A DNA stretch of 64,000 bases from Clostridiales bacterium. Its GTDB lineage: Bacteria > Bacillota > Clostridia > Oscillospirales > CAG-272. Positions 16,927 to 26,572 of this stretch are shown here, piece after piece. The notes beneath the pieces are model-generated. The model was not told the origin of the DNA. It searched no databases and was given only the letters and a program-made list of their open reading frames with translations. The DNA lies in the NCBI GenBank assembly GCA_012837425.1, contig DURE01000045.1:4432-68431 (forward strand). Reading direction: 5' to 3'. The position numbers were made by a program, and so were the translations under genes. Every line of letters starts with the position of its first letter. The first letter of the stretch is position 1.

Positions 16927-17895
16927 TTAACTCTCGTCCGCCAACTCGTCTGCAGGCGGCCCTCCGTCTTCTGCCTGCGGCTCAATCATATATTTTTCGA
17001 TGACGGGGTAGGCGGCGTAGGTTGCAATATAGCCCGAGACCGCCATGAAGTAGAAGAGGGGTAGTATCAGCGGGAAGATAAAGTTGAGCGGCGCCAGGAG
17101 GTAGAACAAAAAGAAATTGGCCAGCAGCACCGCCCCAATCCCGAGAGCCGCCATAATATTGCGCTTGATTCCGAGCACCGCGAAAATCAGGGAGTTTTTT
17201 ATTATCTTCCAGGTCTTAAGGTTGAAGGTTATCAACTGCAGATACACATAATAACGCATTGTGAAATATACTAAAATCAGGGCAATTACCGCCATATAGA
17301 AGACGCTCATTAAGAAGGAATCGCCGAACTGGGAATAAAACATAAGATTTTGGGAAAGCAGAAAAATCACCGTAACATCAATAAGTCCGACAAAAAAACC
17401 CTGCCGGAAATTCTTTTTTATGGCATAAAAATAGTCTGAGACCACAAAAACCGGGTCACCCCGCACCAGCCCGCGCAACAGGTAGGTCCCGCCCACGTTC
17501 TGCCAGCCGAAGGTCAGAACGTACACTATAGCTATAGCGCCGATCACGTAATATACATAAGAGTTATAGACCGGAACGCCGAGCTGGAGACTTACCGTGG
17601 CAAGCAGCAGGTCATTTGTCGGCGAGGGCGACATGAAGGCGGCGCTACAGGCGGTGGGATAGAGCACGCTGAGCGCCGTGTTTTGAGTAGGTCCGGTTAC
17701 AAAAACAAAGACTGCGGCAACAATCGGCAGCAGCTGAAACACCATCAAAAGGTTCACCGAGAGCAGCGTGCTGAATTTTCTTCTGAAATACTTAAAAAAA
17801 TTGCGAAAATTCCTCGGGCCGTCTTCGCCTTTCTCGACGCCCCTGCCGTCCCGGTTCATGTCAAAGAGTTTGAACTTCCGTTTTTTTGCTTTCAA
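16927..17895 (-). CDS. Multi-pass membrane protein, YesL/DUF624-like
   Basis: Basic N-terminus (KFKLFDMNRDGRGVEKGEDGPRNFRNFFKYFRRKFSTLL) followed by about 6 TM segments. Starts with TTG. Confidence 0.5.
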   Translation of the reverse strand: MKAKKRKFKLFDMNRDGRGVEKGEDGPRNFRNFFKYFRRKFSTLLSVNLLMVFQLLPIVAAVFVFVTGPTQNTALSVLYPTACSAAFMSPSPTNDLLLATVSLQLGVPVYNSYVYYVIGAIAIVYVLTFGWQNVGGTYLLRGLVRGDPVFVVSDYFYAIKKNFRQGFFVGLIDVTVIFLLSQNLMFYSQFGDSFLMSVFYMAVIALILVYFTMRYYVYLQLITFNLKTWKIIKNSLIFAVLGIKRNIMAALGIGAVLLANFFLFYLLAPLNFIFPLILPLFYFMAVSGYIATYAAYPVIEKYMIEPQAEDGGPPADELADES

Positions 17896-17910
17896 ATTCT
17901 GTTTGGTCCT

Positions 17911-18558
17911 TTACAAAATAATATTGAGTAAAATCCTGTATCCGAACTCGGCCAGTATCACATAGCCGAACAAAATCAAAAACACAAGGTTGTATTTCCA
18001 GAAATACCATGATTTGAGCAGGGAATAGGTGTTCCTGTGAAATCTCCAGTAGGTTGAATAAAGCTCGGATACAATCCCGCCTGAAATAATCACCGAACAC
18101 AAAACAAGCATCCGGAAAATAAACAGGACTGTCACAAGGAACCCGCCCTCCCCCTCATAAACTTGGCCGCCTCGCAGAAGGTCTATGCACAAAGAAGTCG
18201 AGAGGCCGTAGAACATTCCCGAGAAAAAGAGAAGAATGCGGTCGATAAGTCCCGAGATATATGTAAATCCTGCTATTAATATTATAAACGATATTTTAAA
18301 GATGTCAACCGAATTGTAGATAATATCATAGAGCAGCCCGACCGTCAGCCGGCCGGCCGGGGGGGGGAGCAGGGTTGCGCTGATTCTTGCAGTCAACTCC
18401 TTCGGCAGGCTCCCGAAGAAAAACCAACAGAAAAATGCGCCGGCGCACGCAGCAAATGCAAACAGGATTATATATATGATTGTCAGCCTTGTCCGGGCAT
18501 ATCCGGGACGATTGAGTTGCCTGAGCCTTTCTATATCTACTCCGCCGGCCGTATCCAT
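17911..18558 (-). CDS. Multi-pass membrane protein, possibly SpoIIM-like
   Basis: About 215 aa with 5 hydrophobic segments. GAGGA lies 8 nt before the ATG. Family assignment is tentative. Confidence 0.35.
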   Translation of the reverse strand: MDTAGGVDIERLRQLNRPGYARTRLTIIYIILFAFAACAGAFFCWFFFGSLPKELTARISATLLPPPAGRLTVGLLYDIIYNSVDIFKISFIILIAGFTYISGLIDRILLFFSGMFYGLSTSLCIDLLRGGQVYEGEGGFLVTVLFIFRMLVLCSVIISGGIVSELYSTYWRFHRNTYSLLKSWYFWKYNLVFLILFGYVILAEFGYRILLNIIL

Positions 18559-18647
18559 TACCACTGTCCTCACTTCCTTATCCTTACTTAATGATATGAG
18601 GACAAGGCCGGAATTATCCGTAAGCCCCTGCCGGAAGTTCTGAAATG

Positions 18648-19427
18648 TCAGCGGTTTTGCCGCATTATCTCAAAAGCAAAAACCGCCGCGGCCGCCGAGG
18701 TGGTCAGCGAGCCCAGAAATTTTCGCCCGTAGTCAATCCGGACAATCAGGTCGGACAAATCGAGCAGCCTCCTTGTTATTCCGCGCTTCTCACCCCCGAT
18801 AATAAGGAGCAGCGGCAGCTTCAGCCCGGCCTCCCGGAGCGGTACCGAGTCCCTGATTCCGGCGCTGACAATTCTGTACCCGCGCGACCTAAAGATATTT
18901 ACGGCCATGACAGGGTCGGCCTCGTACATGTCGATAAGCTCGGTCGTTCCGGCTGAGGCGCGGATGACTGTCGTGGCAGCCGACATCCAATTGCGCTGCC
19001 CGAGCACAATACCGTCTGCCCCGGCCGCGTAGAGCGAGCGAACGGTGTAACCGAAATTATACGGGTCCTCAATCCCTTCGAGTATAACGAAAAATCCGGC
19101 CTCTGGGAGATTTTCTGCCAAGAGGGGAGGGAGGGGCCGCTCGCTGCATATGGCAACAATGCCGCCATGGGTTTTTCCTTCAGTGAGCGCATCTATTTCC
19201 CCGGTGCCGACCACCGAAAGGCTGTATCCGAGCTGTTCGGCTTTCGCACGCAGAAAGGCTGTTTCGCGCTGCTTGTTTTCATTGGCCTTGTGCGATACCA
19301 GAACGCGCAGAATTCTCCGGCTGTTTTTTCCGGACAAAACAGCATTTATCAGGGCCGAGACCGAGGTCATGCCCTCAACTACCACAGAAGGCGGGGCTTG
19401 ATTGTCATTATTGTTAAATATTTCCAT
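18648..19427 (-). CDS. TrmH/SpoU-family RNA 2'-O-methyltransferase (RlmB-like)
   Basis: SpoU motifs: ILEGIEDPYNFG, LLLIIGGEKRGI and SLTTSAAAAVFAFE. Confidence 0.8.
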   Translation of the reverse strand: MEIFNNNDNQAPPSVVVEGMTSVSALINAVLSGKNSRRILRVLVSHKANENKQRETAFLRAKAEQLGYSLSVVGTGEIDALTEGKTHGGIVAICSERPLPPLLAENLPEAGFFVILEGIEDPYNFGYTVRSLYAAGADGIVLGQRNWMSAATTVIRASAGTTELIDMYEADPVMAVNIFRSRGYRIVSAGIRDSVPLREAGLKLPLLLIIGGEKRGITRRLLDLSDLIVRIDYGRKFLGSLTTSAAAAVFAFEIMRQNR

Positions 19428-19467
19428 TATTTGCTGTTTTCCTTTGATGAATTATTGAGCAGGGTCT

Positions 19468-19497
19468 ATAATATTTGTTCGCCTTTAGTCATAAGAT
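19468..19497 (+). promoter_or_regulatory. Sigma-E-like promoter upstream of spoIIID
   Basis: ATAATATT-14 nt-CATAAGAT resembles the mother-cell sigma-E consensus (ATATT-14-CATACAnT). Confidence 0.4.
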
Positions 19498-19594
19498 TAA
19501 AGTGAAGACTTGTACCGGTCGGCAAAACCAGTTCAGGGTCATCTTAGCAAATATTATTTTAGCCGCTCTCGGTGGCGGCACGGGAGTTAATACT

Positions 19595-19900
19595 ATGATG
19601 TACATATCCGGGAACAAGGAGAGATGCGTGCAGATTGCCGCATTCATGATAGAAAACAACGCAACCGTAAGAGGTGCCGCGAAAAAATTCGGAATCAGCA
19701 AAAGCACGGTACATAAAGATGTAACTCAGACGCTGCGCCAGATCAACAAGCCTTTGTACTTCGAGGTTAAAAAAGTGCTCGAGATAAACAAACGCGAAAG
19801 ACACATACGAGGCGGCGAGGCGACCAGAAGAAAATATTCGGCAATGTCAGGTCAGAGCAACCGCTCTGAAGAGACGCTACCCAAAAAACAAACACAATAA
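19595..19900 (+). CDS. spoIIID: Sporulation transcriptional regulator SpoIIID
   Basis: KKFGISKSTVHKDV HTH and HIRGGEATRRKY closely match the SpoIIID signature. Confidence 0.85.
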   Translation: MMYISGNKERCVQIAAFMIENNATVRGAAKKFGISKSTVHKDVTQTLRQINKPLYFEVKKVLEINKRERHIRGGEATRRKYSAMSGQSNRSEETLPKKQTQ

Positions 19901-20220
19901 ACCCAACTTTGGCAGATAAAGGGAGCTTTACGTAGAGCCCAATATATTTATACAAAATGCATATTTTGTATAGTATAGGGAAGCTTTTTGGAAAGCTATA
20001 GGTACAAAAGACCTCTCAGTGGCAAACGGCATGCATTTTGCCGTGAAAAATCCGGCAATATTCATATATTGTTGTCTGTAATCTGACGCCGCCTGCATGT
20101 CGGATGCCACAAATTCCACAAAAAATAAAATATTTAAGTAAAAGTATTTGCACAAAAGAATTATTTATGATATAATGAACGCACTAATGTATAAAAACAC
20201 ATTTTACGGGAGGAAGTACT

Positions 20221-20643
20221 ATGGCTATAAAAATGAGGGTGCTCTACTGGTCAAACAAGGCCAAGATGAAGACAATCGCAAACGAAATCAAAAATGAATT
20301 CAATCTGACCATGAATGCGGTGGACAAAATCCCGCCGGCCTATTCCTGCGACAAGGAAAGAATAGTTATCCTCTGCATCTCAATTAAGGAAGAACCCGAA
20401 GACCAGCTCAGGCTCTTCTGCAACGGGCTTTCAAAGCAAAGAGCCCAGAACGTCGCCCTCATTATTGACGGCAACGAGAAAGGCGCAAAATATGTAAAGG
20501 ATATGATTATAAAGGCCGGAACCAACCTCATTGACGAAGTGTTGTTCATCAAGGGCGGGTTGCCCTTCTTCTCCAAGCTCAGCGACGAGGAAAGAAAGAC
20601 GGTTATGGAATGGGCGTACAGAGTGGTTGATAATCTTCAGTAA
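20221..20643 (+). CDS. Hypothetical protein (possibly a flavodoxin-like fold)
   Basis: GGGAGGAAG RBS. The alternating beta-alpha pattern begins VLYWSNKAKMKTIANEI. No firm family. Confidence 0.55.
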   Translation: MAIKMRVLYWSNKAKMKTIANEIKNEFNLTMNAVDKIPPAYSCDKERIVILCISIKEEPEDQLRLFCNGLSKQRAQNVALIIDGNEKGAKYVKDMIIKAGTNLIDEVLFIKGGLPFFSKLSDEERKTVMEWAYRVVDNLQ

Positions 20644-20676
20644 TTGGATTATGTAAGTTTATTATACAAAATATCA

Positions 20677-20711
20677 ATAACGGTGCGGGTACATCCGAGC
20701 CGTTATTTTTT
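20677..20711 (+). terminator. Terminator-like hairpin
   Basis: AATAACGG...CCGTTATT followed by TTTTT. Confidence 0.55.
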
Positions 20712-20722
20712 GGTGTTTTCCC

Positions 20723-20758
20723 TTTGTGACATGTTTTGTGACATGTTTTGTGACATGT
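20723..20758. repeat. 12-bp perfect tandem repeat, 3 copies
   Basis: TTTGTGACATGT three times, read directly. It abuts repeat copy D. Confidence 0.9.
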
Positions 20759-20877
20759 AAGGAACTTTTTTCAAAAAAGTCCCTTGTGCGGGGGTCCGGG
20801 GGCAGAGCCCCATGTAGAAAAGCTGGGTTCGGGGCTCTGCCCCGAACAAAAAACGGGGTTCGGAGCGGAGCCCCGCG
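20759..20877. repeat. Dispersed palindromic intergenic repeat, copy D (longest, inverted relative to copy C)
   Basis: AAGGAACTTTTTTCAAAAAAGTCCCTTG, then GGGGGCAGAGCCCC, CGGGGCTCTGCCCCG and GCGGAGCCCCGC hairpin modules. Confidence 0.6.
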
Positions 20878-20887
20878 TGTCCAAAAG

Positions 20888-21574
20888 TCATCTCACTTTA
20901 GCATACTCGATTTTCTCAATCAACAGCTCCCCGGTCTTCTCCGACAGAGTGATATATTGCTTCTTTGAGGCGTCGCTGCCTATATCGGTTCTGAAGGTCC
21001 CGTTATTGTTCCTTATCATGTATTCAAGCGTAAACAGATAGCCGTCAGTGGTTTTTGACATTTTGGTTATCACGATATTGTAAAGCTTCTGCATTGTGAA
21101 GGCCTCTTTTCTTTCCTGTTCCTTGACCTCGAAAAATGCCTCCTCAAAGCAGGAGTTGTAGGTCTCGGCATCCCCCGCAATAATACACTTTACAAAATCT
21201 ATCATAAATTTTACGCCTTCGCCATAGTTGTCGTAATCCTCGGGTCCGACGGCTATCGTCACGCCGGTGTCAATTTCGCGGTAGTATATGCTCCGGTCAA
21301 GCCCCATGTAATACTCGTCTTCGAATATATTCTCGTCATAGTCGGGCGTGTGGAATATTATCGTCTGCCGGGTGGGGTTGTAGCCGGCGCTTTTACGCTC
21401 CTCTGATTTTTCGCCGATCAGCCTTACAAGCGGCGGAACCGAATAATACAAAGCGACAAAAAGAAGCATTGCCGCAATGCAGCAAAGTATTATCCTCTTT
21501 AGTTTTTTAGCCTCTTCCCTTCCCCTGCCCTGTTCGGCTCGGGGCGGGAATGTTTTTCTGTTGCTGTCCGGCAT
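20888..21574 (-). CDS. Hypothetical membrane-anchored protein
   Basis: AAGGGGG lies 7 nt before ATG (MPDSNRK...). One TM segment (IILCCIAAMLLFVALYY). No family recognised. Confidence 0.55.
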   Translation of the reverse strand: MPDSNRKTFPPRAEQGRGREEAKKLKRIILCCIAAMLLFVALYYSVPPLVRLIGEKSEERKSAGYNPTRQTIIFHTPDYDENIFEDEYYMGLDRSIYYREIDTGVTIAVGPEDYDNYGEGVKFMIDFVKCIIAGDAETYNSCFEEAFFEVKEQERKEAFTMQKLYNIVITKMSKTTDGYLFTLEYMIRNNNGTFRTDIGSDASKKQYITLSEKTGELLIEKIEYAKVR

Positions 21575-21794
21575 GGCGCGCCCCCTTTTACAGAAATTCA
21601 CACCTTAATTTTATCATAAATAAACAAACAACGCAAGTGCCGGACAAGGGTAAAATGTTGGCATCCTCTATTGATGTTTTGTCGCATTTATGCTATAATA
21701 ATTTGAAATATGGCAGGCTTTTTCTGCCTGCCGCAATTCAGGCCGCGGGCTTTATTTCCCGGAGTCCCGACCGCGACTGTACCATGGAGCGTAT

Positions 21795-23015
21795 ATGAAA
21801 TACCTGACACTCGTCCCCGACGGCATGGCCGACCGGCCGCTGTCGGCCCTTGGCGGCAGGACCCCGATGGAAACAGCCCGAAAGCCCTGCATGGACAGGC
21901 TGGCACGGATGTCGACAGTCGGCACCGTCCTTCACGTGCCGGCCGGAATGGTCCCGGAGAGCGACACGGCGAACATGTCGATACTCTCCTTTGACCCCGC
22001 AATTTACTCGCGTGGCCGCTCGCCGCTTGAGGCCGCAAGCATGGGAATAGAAATGGCCCCCGAGGACACGGCCTACAGGTGCAACCTTGTCACACTGAGC
22101 GAGGAGGGCGGGTATGAATCCAAAATAATGCTCGACCACAGCGCCGACGAAATAACCACAGAGGAAGCCGACATACTAATAGGGGCGCTCGACTCGCAAT
22201 TCGGCGGCCCCAAAGTGAAGTTTTACACCGGCGTGAGCTACCGGCACTGCCTTATTATCAAAGACGGCAACGACAAATACGAATTCATGCGCCCGCACGA
22301 CATAATAGGGCGCCCCATAGGGGAATATCTCCCCCGGGAGAGCGACGGCGGGCGGGAGTTCCTTGAGCTGATGAGAAAGAGCTATGAGGTGCTTTATGAC
22401 CACGCGGTAAACCGCAGCCGCCGCGCGCGCGGCCTCAGGCCGGCCAACTCGGCCTGGGTCTGGAGCCCAGGCAAAAAGCCACAGTTGCCCTCATTCACAG
22501 AGAAATGGAATCTCAGGGCTGCTGTTATTTCGGCCGTTGACCTTATAAAGGGCATAGGCCTGTGCGCCGGGATGACTCCGATAAGCGTCCCGGGCGCGAC
22601 CGGAAATATCCATACCAATTTTGAGGGAAAGGCCAAGGCCGCGATAAAGGCCTTTCGTGACGGGTACGACTTTGTCTTTGTTCACATCGAGGCCCCCGAT
22701 GAATGCGGCCACCGCGCCGAGACCCAAAACAAGATAAGGTCAATCGAAATTATCGACGACATGGTGCTCCGCCCGATATACGAATACCTGCAGGGCTGCG
22801 GGGACGAATACAAAATCCTCGTCCTGCCCGACCACCCCACACCGATTGAAACCCGCACACATTCCTCTGAGCCGATTCCCTTCTTTCTTTATTCCTCAGC
22901 TAAAAAAGCAAACGGCGTTCCGGCTTTTACCGAAGAGGCGGCAAGGCAGACCGGCCTCTACATACCAAAAGGACACCACCTGCTTGATATGGTGATAAAA
23001 AATAAAACGAGGTAG
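21795..23015 (+). CDS. apgM: Cofactor-independent phosphoglycerate mutase, archaeal-type
   Basis: MKYLTLVPDGMADRP N-terminus and HIEAPDECGH metal-site motif. Confidence 0.85.
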   Translation: MKYLTLVPDGMADRPLSALGGRTPMETARKPCMDRLARMSTVGTVLHVPAGMVPESDTANMSILSFDPAIYSRGRSPLEAASMGIEMAPEDTAYRCNLVTLSEEGGYESKIMLDHSADEITTEEADILIGALDSQFGGPKVKFYTGVSYRHCLIIKDGNDKYEFMRPHDIIGRPIGEYLPRESDGGREFLELMRKSYEVLYDHAVNRSRRARGLRPANSAWVWSPGKKPQLPSFTEKWNLRAAVISAVDLIKGIGLCAGMTPISVPGATGNIHTNFEGKAKAAIKAFRDGYDFVFVHIEAPDECGHRAETQNKIRSIEIIDDMVLRPIYEYLQGCGDEYKILVLPDHPTPIETRTHSSEPIPFFLYSSAKKANGVPAFTEEAARQTGLYIPKGHHLLDMVIKNKTR

Positions 23016-23020
23016 AGCCA

Positions 23021-23692
23021 ATGGAAATAAATGATGACGACAACCGGAGCAGCACTCCCGAAGCCCGGAATGCACAAGCCCCGGAGGGCAGCCCCAATGC
23101 TCCCGGCCAGGAGAAAAAAACTTCGGCCGCCTCGGAGCTGTTTGATTATGTCGATATTTTCGTTTTCTCGGTATGTGCGGTCATTCTTATGTTCACGTTT
23201 GTGATAAGACTCTGCAGCGTCGACGGCCCTTCGATGGAGCAGACACTCCACGACAAAGAAATATTGCTTGTCTCGGATCTCAACTACACGCCAAAACAGG
23301 GCGACATTATCGTCTTTCATCAAACCGGCAGCCAAAATCCCGACCACAACAAGCCGATAGTAAAGCGCGTTATAGCCACCGCCGGCAAATATGTCAGGAT
23401 TGACTATGACATGGGGCTGGTTTATGTGTCGGACGACGAGGTGTTCGACACGACCGACCTGCTCGACGAGAGCGACTATATCTACCTGTCAAGCGGCAGA
23501 TGGAATATGACCGGGGTGTATGAGACATACGTCCCCGAGGGCTATCTTTTCGTTTTGGGCGACAACAGGAACAATTCTCTTGACAGCCGCTTCTCCGAAA
23601 TAGGTCTGCTTGACCAACGCCGGGTCTTCGGAAAGGTACTGATAAGACTCTTCCCGCTCTCAAAGGCGGGGAGCGTTTATAGCGATAAATAA
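23021..23692 (+). CDS. lepB: Signal peptidase I
   Basis: GPSMEQTL (catalytic Ser), VKRVIA (Lys) and GDNRNNSLDSR boxes. Confidence 0.85.
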   Translation: MEINDDDNRSSTPEARNAQAPEGSPNAPGQEKKTSAASELFDYVDIFVFSVCAVILMFTFVIRLCSVDGPSMEQTLHDKEILLVSDLNYTPKQGDIIVFHQTGSQNPDHNKPIVKRVIATAGKYVRIDYDMGLVYVSDDEVFDTTDLLDESDYIYLSSGRWNMTGVYETYVPEGYLFVLGDNRNNSLDSRFSEIGLLDQRRVFGKVLIRLFPLSKAGSVYSDK

Positions 23693-23709
23693 TCTGTAAG
23701 GAGCGCCGA

Positions 23710-24585
23710 ATGCCGTCGCAGGAGATACAGTGGTTCCCCGGTCACATGGCCAAAACCCGCCGGATGATAAAGGAAAATCTCCGGTTTGTCGACGCGGTGA
23801 TTGAAATTCTTGACGCCCGAATACCCTTGAGCTCGCGCAACCCCGAGCTAAAAGACCTCATCGCCCAAAAGCCCGCGCTGGTGCTGCTCAATAAATCCTC
23901 GCTTGCCGACCCCGGGCAGACCGTGCTATGGCAGAGCGATTACACCGCAGAAAACACCCTCTGCATCCCCACCGACTGCCTAACCGGTCGGGGACTGAAC
24001 CAAATCGCCCCCGCGCTGCGCAAACTCTGCGCCGAGGTGCTGGCTAAAAACGACCGGCGAGGGGTCAACCGGCCTCTGCGGGCGATGGTGCTCGGTATCC
24101 CCAACGTAGGAAAATCCACCCTTATTAACCGGCTCAGCCGCACAAAGAAGGCAAAGGTCGAGGACCGGCCGGGGGTGACAAGAGAGAGGCAGTGGGTCTC
24201 AACCTCGCTGGGGATTGACCTGCTTGACATGCCGGGCATGCTCTGGCCAAAGTTTGATGAGCGCCTGGTGGGAGAAAACCTGGCGATTACCGGCGCTATA
24301 CGCGATTCTCTGCTCGACCGTGAGGAAATCGCCATAGCCCTCATAGACCGCCTTCGCAGATATTATCCCGGGCTGCTCTGCGAGCGCTACAGTCTCGGGC
24401 GCATTGAGGATTATTCGGGCCACACCAACTTCTCACTGCTTGAGGTCATAGGTAAGAAGCGCGGATTTCTTGTTCCGGGCGGCGAGGTCGACACCCCGCG
24501 CGCCGCCGGGATGCTGCTCGATGAGCTGCGCGAAGGCAAAATCGGAAGAATAACACTTGATTATAAAGAGGCGAAAAATGCTTGA
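23710..24585 (+). CDS. rbgA: Ribosome biogenesis GTPase A (YlqF/RbgA)
   Basis: IQWFPGHMAKT, circularly permuted GTPase motifs (LLNKSSL, GIPNVGKST). Confidence 0.9.
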   Translation: MPSQEIQWFPGHMAKTRRMIKENLRFVDAVIEILDARIPLSSRNPELKDLIAQKPALVLLNKSSLADPGQTVLWQSDYTAENTLCIPTDCLTGRGLNQIAPALRKLCAEVLAKNDRRGVNRPLRAMVLGIPNVGKSTLINRLSRTKKAKVEDRPGVTRERQWVSTSLGIDLLDMPGMLWPKFDERLVGENLAITGAIRDSLLDREEIAIALIDRLRRYYPGLLCERYSLGRIEDYSGHTNFSLLEVIGKKRGFLVPGGEVDTPRAAGMLLDELREGKIGRITLDYKEAKNA

Positions 24586-25183
24586 CTACAGGCTTGAGGC
24601 GCAGGCAAGAGAGCGCGGATACCGGCTGGTCTGCGGGGTTGACGAGGCCGGCCGCGGCCCGCTCTGCGGCCCAGTGGTAGCGGCGGCCTGCATACTGCCG
24701 GGAGGGTTGGTCATACCCGGGCTTGACGATTCAAAGCGGCTTAGCGAGAAAAAGCGCGAGGAGTTATATGCGGTTATCACCAAAAAAGTGGTCTGCTATG
24801 CGGTGGCGCTGTCGACGGTGGACGAGATAAACGAATATAATATACTTGAGGCTACTTTGCTTGCCATGCGCCGCGCAATACATAATCTCCCGCAAAAACC
24901 CGACTACGCGCTCATTGACGGGAATGTGGCACGCGGCTTTGACATCCCGGCCGAGTGCGTGGTGCGGGGCGACTCGACCTCCCCTTCAATCGCCGCCGCC
25001 TCAATACTTGCCAAGGTCACCCGAGACCGGCTCTGCCTTGAGCTTGACAAAAGATACCCCGGGTACGGAATCGCCGAGCACAAGGGCTACTGCACGCGGG
25101 CGCATGTAGAGGCGCTTTTGCGCCTGGGACCGACGCCCGAGCACCGGGCGCGCTTTATCAGGTTTCTTGACGATGCGAAATAA
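24578..25183 (+). CDS. rnhB: Ribonuclease HII
   Basis: VCGVDEAGRGPLCGPVVAAA and DDSKRL motifs. Confidence 0.9.
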   Translation: MLDYRLEAQARERGYRLVCGVDEAGRGPLCGPVVAAACILPGGLVIPGLDDSKRLSEKKREELYAVITKKVVCYAVALSTVDEINEYNILEATLLAMRRAIHNLPQKPDYALIDGNVARGFDIPAECVVRGDSTSPSIAAASILAKVTRDRLCLELDKRYPGYGIAEHKGYCTRAHVEALLRLGPTPEHRARFIRFLDDAK

Positions 25184-25583
25184 AAGCGGAATCAGCACAA
25201 TTGTATCCGGGCATCACGGCGAGCGGGCCGCAGCCGATTATCTGATCAAAAAAGGCTATCGGATACTTGAGATGAACTACCGCAGCTCGCACCGGGAGAT
25301 TGACATTATTGCCGAGGACGACATTCGGGTAATTTTCGTCGAGGTCAAGTCACGCACCGCCACCCCCCATAGCCCCGGCAGATACGGCCGCCCCGGCATG
25401 GCGGTCACATATAAAAAGAGGGCGCACCTGATTGCGGCTGCGCAGAGCTACCTGCGGCAAAAAAGTCCCGGCAAGCGCGCCCGACTTGACGTTATTGAGG
25501 TTTACTTCAAACCCTCCGAGTCCGGGCTGCCCGAGATAGCCGGGATAAAGCATATAGAAAACGCTTTCGGAGCAAAATCTTGA
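25173..25583 (+). CDS. YraN-family endonuclease (UPF0102)
   Basis: GE..AA.YL...GY.IL..NYR....EIDIIA......FVEVKSR pattern. Confidence 0.8.
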   Translation: MRNKSGISTIVSGHHGERAAADYLIKKGYRILEMNYRSSHREIDIIAEDDIRVIFVEVKSRTATPHSPGRYGRPGMAVTYKKRAHLIAAAQSYLRQKSPGKRARLDVIEVYFKPSESGLPEIAGIKHIENAFGAKS

Positions 25584-25601
25584 CCCGAGGAGTTTTACAT
25601 A

Positions 25602-26537
25602 ATGAAGCTTGTTGATCTGCACTGCGACACCGCATACCGCATACACCGGAAAAATGCTACTTTGGCGAAAAATGATTATCATATTTCTATTGATAAAATC
25701 ACAAAATATGATAATTACGCCCAATTCACGGCATTTTATATTGATTCGCGACTATCAGACGAAGAAGGCTATCTGAGATTTTATGAAATGTACGGTTATT
25801 TTTCGGGTGAGCTGGCCGAAAATAAGGACAAAGTAGTAAAAATTACAGACGGCCGAAAGCTGCCGGAGGTCTGGGAGAGCGGCCGGGCGGCGGTAATTTT
25901 CAGCGTCGAGGACGCCCGAATCCTCGCCGGGGACATCTCCCGGCTCGACGCGCTCTACCAGAAGGGTGTTCGCTCTCTGGTGCCCCTGTGGGCCGGCGAG
26001 ACCATTATTGGCGGCTCGCACGATACCGACACGGGGCTCACCGATTTCGGGCGTCAGGTCATTCAACGCTGCTTTGAGCTCGGCATTATCCCCGACGTCT
26101 CGCATGCCTCGGAGCAGGCAGCAGAGGAGATGATTGAGATAGCCCGAAGCTATGGCAAGCCCATAATAGCCTCACACTCAAACTCGCATGCGGTCTATCC
26201 CCACAGCCGAAACCTGCGCGACCGGCATTTCAGGGCGATATGCGAGCTTCGGGGGCTGGTGGGCGTCAGCCTCTGCCGCTCGCACCTTGCGCCGGGGAGA
26301 GAGGCCGGAGTCAGGGATGTTGTCCGCCATATAGAGCATTATCTGTCGCTTGGCGGCGAGGACTCTGTCGCGCTGGGCTGCGACCTTGACGGCACAGACA
26401 TTCCCGAGGAGGTAGGGGACATCTCCGGGCTTAATATAATTGCCGACACGCTGGCAGGAGCCGGCCTGAGCGATGAGCTTATCGGGAAAATCTTCTGGAA
26501 AAACGCCAAAAAATTTATTGAGGATAATATTCACTAA
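25602..26537 (+). CDS. Membrane dipeptidase (peptidase M19 family)
   Basis: VDLHCDT N-terminal motif, DVSH and ASHSN metal-ligand motifs. Confidence 0.8.
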   Translation: MKLVDLHCDTAYRIHRKNATLAKNDYHISIDKITKYDNYAQFTAFYIDSRLSDEEGYLRFYEMYGYFSGELAENKDKVVKITDGRKLPEVWESGRAAVIFSVEDARILAGDISRLDALYQKGVRSLVPLWAGETIIGGSHDTDTGLTDFGRQVIQRCFELGIIPDVSHASEQAAEEMIEIARSYGKPIIASHSNSHAVYPHSRNLRDRHFRAICELRGLVGVSLCRSHLAPGREAGVRDVVRHIEHYLSLGGEDSVALGCDLDGTDIPEEVGDISGLNIIADTLAGAGLSDELIGKIFWKNAKKFIEDNIH

Positions 26538-26572
26538 CACGAAAAAAGTTAAAATAAAGGAACCTGCAAAAT

